Positions 18,237 to 26,646 of a stretch of 32,000 nucleotides of DNA are shown one piece after another. Source of the DNA: Acidothermus cellulolyticus 11B (GTDB lineage Bacteria; Actinomycetota; Actinomycetes; Acidothermales; Acidothermaceae). Location: positions 1,260,001 to 1,292,000 of the forward strand of contig NC_008578.1 in the NCBI RefSeq assembly GCF_000015025.1. The letters run 5' to 3'. Both the position numbers and the translations under genes were made by a program. Below the pieces are notes generated by a model. The model was not told where the DNA came from. It searched no databases and saw nothing but the letters and a program-made list of their open reading frames with translations. The number at the start of each line of letters is the position of its first letter. Positions within the stretch are counted from its first letter, which is position 1.

Positions 18237-18623
18237 CTAGCAACCGTCCCCTGCGACCGTCAGAGCCGCCCTTTCTGCCCGCCCCCCTGGACCGGGCAGA
18301 AGTGGCAGCAAATCGTGGACGGCGAAGTATCGGGCTGTCTCGGCCAGCGCCGGCGACATTGCGGCGAATTGCAGCCGGCCGCCGGTCTGCTCCGCCCAGG
18401 ACACGGCCGCGACGAGGATCGCAAGCGCGCGTTCATGCACTTCGGTGACCCGGCTCGCATCGACGAGGACGTCATCACGCCCCTCGGGACGTTCGGTGAG
18501 GAGAGCGGCACGAAGTTCGGGGAGGCTGGCCGCGTCAAGGGATCCACCGAGCCGGACGACGATGCCGTCGGCGAGAACGGTGGTGCTGACACTGCCGAGG
18601 CTGTCGGCGGTCATGGTGGTCAT
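18237..18623 (-). CDS. STAS-domain protein (anti-sigma-factor antagonist family), orphan
   Basis: MTTMTADSLGSVSTTVLADGIVVRLGGSLDAASLPELRAALL...DDVLVDASRVTEVHERALAILVAA. GGAGG lies 6 nt upstream of ATG 18623. The track ORF is over-extended upstream. Confidence 0.8.
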   Translation of the reverse strand: MTTMTADSLGSVSTTVLADGIVVRLGGSLDAASLPELRAALLTERPEGRDDVLVDASRVTEVHERALAILVAAVSWAEQTGGRLQFAAMSPALAETARYFAVHDLLPLLPGPGGRAERAALTVAGDGC

Positions 18624-18861
18624 GACGACCTCCAGGGAGCGAGACCACGGTCCGATGCGATGACATCCTTTGCATCGGGCGGCCGGGGAGGCTCCAGCAG
18701 ACCCGGTTGGCGCGATTTGCACTCCGCCGGCGGGCGGTCCCCCCTCCCGCCGGCCAGCCAAGGGCGGTTAGGCCGCTCGGCGCAATGCCGGCCCGCGCCG
18801 GTGGTCGTCGGAGCGCGGAACGGCTGTCCGGTACGCTGCGGTCGCCGGCTGTCGCCGGTGA

Positions 18862-19595
<734 letters not shown>

Positions 19596-19596
<1 letters not shown>

Positions 19597-20363
19597 TGGG
19601 AATTCTTGACGGCAAGCAGCTTCTCGTCACCGGCGTCCTCACCGACGCGTCCATCGCGTTTCACGTTGCTCGGTTGGCCCAACTGGAGGGCGCTGAGGTC
19701 CTGCTCTCCTCCTACGGGCGGGCGTTCCGGCTCACCGAGCGCATCGCCGGCCGATTGCCAAAACCTGCGCCGGTCATCGAGCTGGACGTGACAAATGCCG
19801 AGGATCTCGCCGCGTTGCCCGACCGGGTGCGTGCGCATCTGACCCGGCTGGACGGCGTCGTGCACGCGATTGCCTACGCACCGGAGGGTGCGCTCGGCGG
19901 GAAATTCCTCCAGACGCCCTGGGAGGATGTGGCGACCGCCTTGCACGTGTCGGCGTACTCGCTCAAGGCGCTCGCCACGGCGGCGACCCCGCTGATGGGC
20001 GAGGGAAGTTCCCTCGTGGGCTTGGATTTCGACGCTTCCGTGGCGTGGCCGCTGTACGACTGGATGGGGGTGGCGAAAGCCGCCTTGGAATCCTGCGCCC
20101 GCTACCTGGCGCGCGACCTCGGCCCACGGGGAATCCGGGTCAATCTGGTATCCGCCGGCCCGGTTCGCACGGTGGCGGCGAAGGGCATTCCGGGTTTTGA
20201 ATCGCTCGCGGCCATCTGGACGGAGCGTGCGCCGCTGTCCTGGGACCTCTCGGACGGCGAGGCCCCGGCGCGGGCCGTCATTGCGTTGCTCTCGGACTGG
20301 TTCCCGAAGACGACCGGGGAGATCGTGCACGTCGACGGCGGGGTGCACGCAGTCGGCGCGTAA
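19596..20363 (+). CDS. inhA: NADH-dependent enoyl-ACP reductase InhA/FabI
   Basis: TAATG overlap with the fabG1 stop. GILDGKQLLVTGVLTDASIAFHVARLAQ, LDGVVHAIAY, YDWMGVAKAALE (Tyr/Lys catalytic pair context), LLSDWFPKTTGEIVHVDGG. These closely parallel M. tuberculosis InhA as I remember it. Confidence 0.92.
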
Positions 20364-20365
20364 CG

Positions 20366-20451
20366 CTCCGGCTGCCGCCCACCTGCGTGGCGCACTGACC
20401 GCGTACGCCAGAGCGTTTGGCGCATCAGTCTCCGGCTGCCGCCCACCTGCG
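20366..20451. repeat. 22-nt perfect direct repeat ctccggctgccgcccacctgcg (20366-20387 and 20430-20451), with a degenerate third copy near 20465
   Basis: Read directly. It starts 3 nt after the inhA stop, inside the 230-nt spacer before rpf. Confidence 0.85.
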
Positions 20452-20593
20452 CTGTCCACAGCACGCTGCCGCAGCCGCCCACAACTTTCGCCATCACTGG
20501 CTCGCGCGGGGCGTGACGGCGTTAGCGTCACGAGGAGCTAGGTCAAGGAAGGGCGCCGACGCTCCGAAGCCGAAGTGACGGAGGTGGGAGGCA

Positions 20594-21394
20594 ATGGGCG
20601 CACATCGCTACCGTGGACCGCGACACGCGCGGCCGAAGGGACCACGCCACGCCAAACCGGCGCCGCCAAGCGTCGCCGGGCGAACCGTGGCGGCTACCGG
20701 CTTCGCAGTGGCCATGCTCACCGGGGAGCTCGCGAGCGCGGCTTCCGCATCAGCGGTGGGCTCCGACGTCTGGGCGGCGCTCCGCATGTGCGAATCCAGC
20801 GGCAACTACCACATCAATACCGGCAACGGCTACTACGGCGCATACCAATTCGACCTCCGGACCTGGCGCGGCCTGGGATACTCCGGGCTTCCGTCGGACG
20901 CACCGCCGGCGGTACAGGATGAGGCGGCCCAGCGGCTCTACGCCCAGCGAGGCTGGCAACCGTGGCCGGCGTGTTCCCGAAAGCTCGGACTCGTCGACGA
21001 CCGGGCAAGCCGAAGCGCGAACCGGCCCCCGCTCGACCCGCCGCAGGGAGTCGACCCTCCGCAGGGAACGGACACCGCGACGGCGGAGGTGGTCCGCGCC
21101 GCAGCGCAGGACACCGGACCGGCCGTTCGCAGCGGTCCCGCGGGTCCTGCGCCCGTTCCGCGGCTGCCATGGAACGGGCACTATCTCACGGTCCGCGATG
21201 TGTATCAGGTGCGGGACGACGTCCGGCTCTTCCAGCAGGCGATGGTCGCCCACGGTTACCACATCGCCGTCGACGGCCGGTACGGACCGCAGTCCGCTGC
21301 CGCCACCACAGCATTCGAACGCGCGCACCACTTGCATGTTGAGGATCCCGGCGTCGTCGGCCCGCAGGTGTGGGGGGCGCTGTTCGGAACGTGA
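20594..21394 (+). CDS. Resuscitation-promoting-factor (Rpf) type transglycosylase with C-terminal peptidoglycan-binding (PG_binding_1-like) domain
   Basis: N-terminal basic region plus hydrophobic helix. Rpf core WAALRMCESSGNYHINTGNGYYGAYQFDLRTWRGLGY...QRGWQPWPAC. Pro-rich linker (PPLDPPQGVDPPQGTD). C-terminal VRLFQQAMVAHGYHIAVDGRYGPQSAAATTAFERAHHL...GVVGPQVWGALF. GGAGGTGGGAGG SD upstream. Confidence 0.9.
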   Translation: MGAHRYRGPRHARPKGPRHAKPAPPSVAGRTVAATGFAVAMLTGELASAASASAVGSDVWAALRMCESSGNYHINTGNGYYGAYQFDLRTWRGLGYSGLPSDAPPAVQDEAAQRLYAQRGWQPWPACSRKLGLVDDRASRSANRPPLDPPQGVDPPQGTDTATAEVVRAAAQDTGPAVRSGPAGPAPVPRLPWNGHYLTVRDVYQVRDDVRLFQQAMVAHGYHIAVDGRYGPQSAAATTAFERAHHLHVEDPGVVGPQVWGALFGT

Positions 21395-21557
21395 GCCGCG
21401 GCGCCGAGCCGTGACCGGTGCTCCGCACAGCTCCCGCTCGCCGAGGGCGGTGCCGCCGGGGAGTCCCAACGACCAATGCCCGAGCTGCCCCAGCCCTCTG
21501 GCTCGGCGGCTAGCCGTCCCACCATGCCACCAAGCGGCTCGATAGGTTCGTGCCGAC

Positions 21558-22418
21558 ATGGTTGAGGTCTGGCATGCGGTACGCGGATCGGCCCACGATC
21601 CGGCGCTCTTCGGCGTCCGGGTCGCGGAATCCGCCGGCGACGTGGTGGTCCGGCTGCGCAGCGCGTCCGTCGTCCGGGGCGGAGCGACCCTGCTCGCCGA
21701 CATCGACTGGGAAGTGCGCGGCGGGGAGCACTGGGTCGTCCTCGGGCCGAACGGCGCGGGCAAAACGACCCTGCTCAAACTTCTTTCCACCCAGTGGCAC
21801 CCCACGACTGGCGAGGTCGAGGTTCTTGGCGAACGGATGGGCGCGGTCGACGTCTTCGAACTGCGGCCCCGAATCGGCTTCTCCAGTGCCGCACTCGCCG
21901 ATCGCCTCCCAGCCGGCGAACGGGTACGCGACGTCGTGCTCACCGCCAGCTACGGCACGATCGGCCGCTGGCGCGAACAGTACGACGAGGCGGATTTCGC
22001 CCGGGCGCACGCGGTGCTCGCCCGTCTCGGTGTCGGTCATCTCCGGGACCGCCGATACGGAAGCCTCTCGGAGGGGGAGCGCAAGCGGGTGCAGCTTGCC
22101 CGGGCGTTGATGAGCGACCCCGAATTGCTCCTCCTCGACGAGCCGGCGGCCGGCCTCGACCTCGGCGGCAGAGAGGACCTGCTGGCACAGCTGGCCCACC
22201 TGCTGCAGTCCCCAACCGCGCCGGCCACCGTCCTGGTCACGCATCATGTCGAGGAAATTCCCCGGGGCATCACCCACGGCCTGCTGTTGCGCGCCGGCCG
22301 CATTGTCGCCAGAGGACCGTTGACCGAGGTTCTCACCGCGGCGAATCTTTCCGTCACGTTCGCGCGCGACCTGGTAGTGGAGGCACACGACGGCCGATTC
22401 TTCGCGCGCAGTATCTGA
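21558..22418 (+). CDS. Orphan ABC-type ATPase (ModF/YlmA-like, no adjacent permease)
   Basis: Walker A GPNGAGKTT, signature LSEGERKR, Walker B LLLLDEPAAGLD, H-loop VTHH. The start is uncertain (ATG 21558, or in-frame GTG 21642/21645). Confidence 0.85.
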   Translation: MVEVWHAVRGSAHDPALFGVRVAESAGDVVVRLRSASVVRGGATLLADIDWEVRGGEHWVVLGPNGAGKTTLLKLLSTQWHPTTGEVEVLGERMGAVDVFELRPRIGFSSAALADRLPAGERVRDVVLTASYGTIGRWREQYDEADFARAHAVLARLGVGHLRDRRYGSLSEGERKRVQLARALMSDPELLLLDEPAAGLDLGGREDLLAQLAHLLQSPTAPATVLVTHHVEEIPRGITHGLLLRAGRIVARGPLTEVLTAANLSVTFARDLVVEAHDGRFFARSI

Positions 22419-22442
22419 CCCCGGGCCGCGTATCATCAAGCC

Positions 22443-22874
22443 ATGCCCATGTGGCTGATCTGGACCATTGTTGCTGTCGCCTGCGCCGGCGCCGAGGCCC
22501 TCACGCTCACCCTGATCCTCGGGTTCATCGCCGCAGCGGCGGCACTGACCCTCGTCGCCGCAGTTCTCGGCGCGCCCATCGTCGCGCAGCTCCTCGTCTT
22601 CGTCGGGAGCGCCGCCGCCCTGCTGGGTGTGGTGCGTCCGATCGCCCGAGCGCACTTGTACACCCCGCCCGCATTACGGACTGGTGTCGACGCGCTCGTC
22701 GGGCAGCGGGGTCTGGTCGTGGAACGGGTCGACGCCCACCACGGTCAAATAAAGATTGGCGGGGAATTATGGAGCGCCCGGCCGTATGTCGACGGCCAGT
22801 GTTACGAGCCGGGCACGACGGTTGAAGTGGTCAAAATCCAAGGTGCAATTGCATTGGTTTTTGGAACGGAGTGA
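22443..22874 (+). CDS. NfeD-family membrane protein
   Basis: Three N-terminal helices, then a C-terminal OB-like NfeD domain (GQRGLVVERVDAHHGQIKIGGELWSARP...GTTVEVVKIQGAIALV). Immediately precedes an SPFH gene, which is the classic pairing. Confidence 0.88.
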   Translation: MPMWLIWTIVAVACAGAEALTLTLILGFIAAAAALTLVAAVLGAPIVAQLLVFVGSAAALLGVVRPIARAHLYTPPALRTGVDALVGQRGLVVERVDAHHGQIKIGGELWSARPYVDGQCYEPGTTVEVVKIQGAIALVFGTE

Positions 22875-22877
22875 ACC

Positions 22878-23834
22878 ATGCCTGCGGCTGTCATCGCCCT
22901 TATCGTTATTGCCATCTTCGTCCTCATCGTGCTCGGCCGATCGGTGCGGATCGTGCCGCAGGCCCGCGCCGGAATCGTTGAACGACTCGGCCGCTACCAC
23001 CGCACCCTTGCACCCGGGCTCAACGTCGTCGTGCCGTTCATCGACCGGATCCGGCCTCTCATCGACATGCGGGAGCAGGTCGTCTCTTTCCCGCCGCAGC
23101 CTGTCATCACCCAGGACAACCTGGTCGTCGGCATCGACACCGTCTTGTATTTCCAAGTTACGGACGCAAAAGCCGCAACCTATGAAATAGCGAACTACAT
23201 TCAGGCGATTGAACAACTCACTGTCACGACGTTGCGGAATGTCATCGGCGGCATGGATCTGGAAAAGACCCTCACCTCACGGGAGGAGATCAACGCCCAG
23301 CTCCGCGGCGTCCTTGACGAAGCCACCGGCAAGTGGGGAATCCGCGTCAACCGGGTCGAATTGAAATCGATTGATCCGCCGCTGTCCATTAAGGATTCGA
23401 TGGAGAAGCAGATGCGTGCGGATCGGGACAAGCGCGCCGCGATTCTGCTTGCCGAGGGACAGAAGCAGGCCCAAATCCTAACCGCGGAAGGGGAGAAGCA
23501 GGCCGCGATTCTCCGGGCCGAAGGTCAGGCGCAGGCGGCGGTCACGCAGGCCCGTGCCGAAGCCGAGGCGCAGGCGCTGCGGGCCAACGGCCAAGCCCAA
23601 GCCATCGGGACGGTCTTCCGCGCGATTCACGAGGGAAAGGTGGACCCAGATCTCCTGGCCTACCAGTACCTGCAGGTATTGCCGCAAATCGCGCAGGGTG
23701 ATGCGAACAAGGTGTGGATCGTTCCGAGCGAAATCAGCAAGGCGCTCGAGGGTGTCGGCAATCTTTTCGGCCGAGCCGCCGCGCCGGGCAATCCCGACGG
23801 CGCCGCCGCTCAACGGACCACAAGCCCGGAGTGA
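22878..23834 (+). CDS. SPFH/Band-7 (stomatin/prohibitin-like) membrane protein
   Basis: N-terminal helix. VPQARAGIVERLGRYHRTLAPGLNVVVPFIDR, TQDNLVVGIDTVLYFQVTD, then a Gln/Ala/Glu coiled-coil (AEGQKQAQILTAEGEKQAAILRAEGQAQA). The start lies 3 nt after the nfeD stop. Confidence 0.93.
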   Translation: MPAAVIALIVIAIFVLIVLGRSVRIVPQARAGIVERLGRYHRTLAPGLNVVVPFIDRIRPLIDMREQVVSFPPQPVITQDNLVVGIDTVLYFQVTDAKAATYEIANYIQAIEQLTVTTLRNVIGGMDLEKTLTSREEINAQLRGVLDEATGKWGIRVNRVELKSIDPPLSIKDSMEKQMRADRDKRAAILLAEGQKQAQILTAEGEKQAAILRAEGQAQAAVTQARAEAEAQALRANGQAQAIGTVFRAIHEGKVDPDLLAYQYLQVLPQIAQGDANKVWIVPSEISKALEGVGNLFGRAAAPGNPDGAAAQRTTSPE

Positions 23835-23875
23835 CGGAGCCGGCGCGTCCGAAGTGACGCAGGTGGCCCGCCTGC

Positions 23876-24958
23876 TCAACGTATTTTCGCGGCAATCGCC
23901 AACACGAGCTGGACGTACCACTCCGCGTGGTTGTAATTCCACAGTGCGGCCTGCAGTCCCGCCTCGCCTTGTCCGGCGCCGTTCGCACAGAGGTAGCGGG
24001 CGGCGGTGAAGATGGCATCGGCCGGATTCCAGATGTCGGCCTTGCCATCGCCGTTTCCGTCGGTGGCATACCGCGCGAAGGTGGCCGGGAGGAATTGCAT
24101 CGGACCCAGCGCACCCGCGGCGGAAACCATCGTGCCTTGGCCGTGATGGCTCTCGACCTGCCCGATCGCCGCAAGCACCTGCCACGGTAGTCCCGGGCAG
24201 GTCTTGGCAGCGGCCTGATACCAGGCGCGGTACGCGTCCGGTATCGGTTCAGCAACGGCATTCGCGGCCGCATCGACGCCGGCCTGGTCCGCGGCGACCC
24301 GGACGGCGGCAAGAGCCGCCGCGGCGGACTCCCACGCGGCAAGCGCGCGGGCCCGGGCGGTTGCCGCATCGAGAATGGCCTGCGCACGATCGAGCAATCC
24401 CTGCAGAACGAGGTAGCGCTGCTGAATGGTGGCCGCATTGTCGAGCTCAGTGTCGATGGAAGCCTCATCGGCGTCCAACCGCTGCTTGGCCGCGGACGCA
24501 AATTGGCGGGTCGTCTCGGCCCATGCCGCCTGCCGGCTCAACACGCCTGACACATAAGGGAGATGCCGCAGATCCGGGGGTACACCGGTGGTCAGCAAGG
24601 CGGCGTAGATGCCGAGCGGTCCGCCTGCTTCGTAAAGCGCGGCTATCCCGGCGGCGTACGTAGCGGCGGCCTGGTCCGCTTGCGCCTGGAGAGCCTCATA
24701 CACCCTGCGGTCCGCCACAGTCGCTGAGACGCTGCGGGCCACTCCGTCAAGGGCGGCTTCGTACGCCGCCAAAGCAGCTGTCACCTGCGGCTGCAGCGCC
24801 TGCACCTGAGCGGCAATGGCTGCCGCCTCCCGTTGCGCTTGAGCGGCTGATTCGGCGTCCGCCGCGGTCGGAACGAGGAGCGGGGAAAGGGCAAGGACGC
24901 AGGCGCCGGTTGCAAGCCAGCGCCTCGCACGATGACCCAGCTCCCCGCCAATCGGCAC
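23876..24958 (-). CDS. Secreted lytic transglycosylase: long Ala/Gln-rich helical N-terminal region plus C-terminal SLT domain
   Basis: C-terminus AAIGQVESHHGQ...GALGPMQFLPATFARYA...AIFTAARYL...ALWNYNHAEWY, with the SLT catalytic Glu-Ser context. I set the start at in-frame GTG 24958, giving VPIGGELGHRARRWLATGACVLALSPLLVPTAADA as the signal peptide. It has no clear SD. Track start 25219 would overlap the TauE gene, and GTG 25078 is an alternative. Confidence 0.8.
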   Translation of the reverse strand: MPIGGELGHRARRWLATGACVLALSPLLVPTAADAESAAQAQREAAAIAAQVQALQPQVTAALAAYEAALDGVARSVSATVADRRVYEALQAQADQAAATYAAGIAALYEAGGPLGIYAALLTTGVPPDLRHLPYVSGVLSRQAAWAETTRQFASAAKQRLDADEASIDTELDNAATIQQRYLVLQGLLDRAQAILDAATARARALAAWESAAAALAAVRVAADQAGVDAAANAVAEPIPDAYRAWYQAAAKTCPGLPWQVLAAIGQVESHHGQGTMVSAAGALGPMQFLPATFARYATDGNGDGKADIWNPADAIFTAARYLCANGAGQGEAGLQAALWNYNHAEWYVQLVLAIAAKIR

Positions 24959-25046
24959 GTAGGCAACGTCGGCGTTGATCCGGGATGCCTTGACGCCACA
25001 CCGGACGCCGTCCGCCGGCGCTCGCGACCCGGACGCCGACGCTGTC

Positions 25047-25164
25047 GGCGCAAACCGCCGCCCGGCCGCGGCGTCCACCCGGGCACATGGCGCTATCGGC
25101 GCAACCGCGCCGTCCGCCTCGCGGCCGTGGTGTCCACCCGGCTGGGCTGCCCGGGCGCAACCGC
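25047..25164. repeat. Three spaced copies of GGCGCAA(A)CCGC (25047, 25098, 25154) interleaved with two copies of GTCCACCCGG (25073, 25132)
   Basis: Read directly in the SLT/TauE divergent spacer. Period is about 51-59 bp. Confidence 0.6.
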
Positions 25165-25209
25165 CCGCCGCCTGCTTCCGCCGTCCGAGCGACACCCTAT
25201 GCTCGTGCC

Positions 25210-25986
25210 GTGCCGGCACTGAATCTGCTCAATGTGGCCGGCGTCTTCGGTGCGGGAATTGTTGCCGGAACAGTGAATACCATTGTCGGGTCCGGTTCGC
25301 TGCTCACTTTCCCCGTTCTGCTTGGCGTCGGCCTCTCGCCTCTTGCCGCGAACGTGACCAACACGGTCGGCTTGGTGCCTGGATCGGTGAGCGGCGCCCT
25401 CGGTTACCGGCGGGAATTGCGTGGTCAACGACGCCGCTGCCTGCGGCTGGCCGTCTCCTCGCTAATCGGAGGATGTGTCGGCGCGGTTCTGCTCCTTGTC
25501 TTGCCAAGCCGATCGTTCGAGCGGATTGTGCCGTTCCTCGTGCTTATGGCGTCCTTGCTGGTTCTCGTCCAGCCGCGGTTGGGCAGAATCGTCGCCCGGC
25601 GCAACTCCGCACGCGGACACGATCCGCAGCGAACCGATCCCATCCTTGACACCACGAACGGACTGACCGCCGTCTACGGCGGCTATTTCGGTGCAGCACA
25701 AGGCGTGATATTGATGGCGTTGCTCGGCATCTTCGTCCCCGAGGATTTGCAGCGTCTCAACGCTGTCAAGAACGTGCTCGCTGCGCTGGTGAACGGTATC
25801 GCTGCACTGCTCTTTGCGTTCTTTGCCCCGGTGGCCTGGTGGTTTGCGCTCGTCGAGGCCTTGGGGGCTGTGGTTGGCGGGCAACTCGGCGCGGTCGTCG
25901 GCCGGCGCATCCCGCCGCGCCTGCTCCGCGCGGTCATTGTCATCGTCGGATTGGTTGTCGCGGCCAAGCTCTTCGCCTCCTGGTAA
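25210..25986 (+). CDS. TauE/SafE family sulfite/anion exporter-type permease
   Basis: In-frame GTG 25210. VPALNLLNVAGVFGAGIVAGTVNTIVGSGSLLTFPVLL, and a second half GGYFGAAQGVILMALLG. About 8 helices, 258 aa, typical for the family. The track N-terminus (25087) is Arg/Pro-rich spacer. Confidence 0.88.
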   Translation: MPALNLLNVAGVFGAGIVAGTVNTIVGSGSLLTFPVLLGVGLSPLAANVTNTVGLVPGSVSGALGYRRELRGQRRRCLRLAVSSLIGGCVGAVLLLVLPSRSFERIVPFLVLMASLLVLVQPRLGRIVARRNSARGHDPQRTDPILDTTNGLTAVYGGYFGAAQGVILMALLGIFVPEDLQRLNAVKNVLAALVNGIAALLFAFFAPVAWWFALVEALGAVVGGQLGAVVGRRIPPRLLRAVIVIVGLVVAAKLFASW

Positions 25987-26023
25987 GAGCCTGGCCGAAA
26001 CGCTGGCGTACGCCGGGCAGAGT

Positions 26024-26096
26024 CGGCACCAGGAGTTCCGCCACAGCTGCCGAGGGCCGTGCCGGCACCAGGAGCGTCGCCCGAGCTGCCGAGGGC
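26024..26096. repeat. 34-nt imperfect tandem repeat (cggcaccaggag-N9-agctgccgagggc), two copies, period 39
   Basis: Copies at 26024-26057 and 26063-26096, 29/34 identical. The flanks (12 and 13 nt) are perfect. Confidence 0.85.
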
Positions 26097-26159
26097 ACGG
26101 CTTCTCGCAGCCCAGCTTCCGTCGGCCGGAATGACCGAGGCCTACGTGCCAAGCGCCGA

Positions 26160-26216
26160 GCGTACCGCGGCTGGCTCGTGACGAGCCAGGCGTACCGCGG
26201 CCGACTCGTCATGAGC
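26160..26216. repeat. 27-nt imperfect tandem repeat (gcgtaccgcggcYgRctcgtSaYgagc), two copies, period 30
   Basis: Copies at 26160-26186 and 26190-26216, 23/27 identical. The second ends 4 nt before the stop of the 70-aa gene. Confidence 0.85.
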
Positions 26217-26219
26217 TCG

Positions 26220-26432
26220 TCAATAGGGACGCCGGCCACCGATCGCCGTACGAATCAAGGCAAGCAGCACGATCACGATCGCCGCAGCGATGATCAACGC
26301 GCGAACGAGCGTGCTGAAGAGCAGCGCCAGCGCCATCCCGACGACAAAGCCGCTGCCGAACCATGCCACGGCGCCCCGCACACCGCGCATCAAACCACCG
26401 CGGCGGCGGGAGAAGAGGTCCAGATCATTCAT
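26220..26432 (-). CDS. Hypothetical 70-aa membrane protein with two predicted helices
   Basis: MNDLDLFSRRRGGLMRGVRGAVAWFGSGFVVGMALALLFSTLVRALIIAAAIVIVLLALIRTAIGGRRPY: a positive-inside pattern around two hydrophobic helices. Third-position GC is mostly high. The SD is weak (GAGAG). No family recognised. Confidence 0.5.
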   Translation of the reverse strand: MNDLDLFSRRRGGLMRGVRGAVAWFGSGFVVGMALALLFSTLVRALIIAAAIVIVLLALIRTAIGGRRPY

Positions 26433-26552
26433 GGAAGTTCTCTCACTACGGTCAGGAGGAGGCCGGAGGTAGGGCGGATGCCGGCGAGACGCTCTTCGCG
26501 ATCTGCCAGCGCCCTTTCTTTACGGTACGCGATTGACCGGCGCCGCGCCGGG

Positions 26553-26646
26553 ATGGACGCCGATCCGTCGCTGTCTGCCAGGGAAGGTGCGGCCCGCCTG
26601 GAGTGACCGGGCTGCAGCGTCGCCATGGACGCCGATCCGTCGCTGT
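26553..26646. repeat. 22-nt perfect direct repeat atggacgccgatccgtcgctgt (26553-26574 and 26625-26646), period 72
   Basis: Read directly. The second copy supplies the ATG that the ORF track uses as the trmH-like start. Confidence 0.9.

Noticed and set aside
20460-20593. Cyclic-di-AMP (ydaO-type) riboswitch upstream of rpf, as known for some actinobacterial rpf genes
   Set aside because: I could not find the conserved ydaO elements I remember (GGGGUGAAUC-like and CCGA..CAGCUAACCUCGUAAGC-like segments). Only a generic 7-bp hairpin is present. An Infernal scan is needed to be sure.
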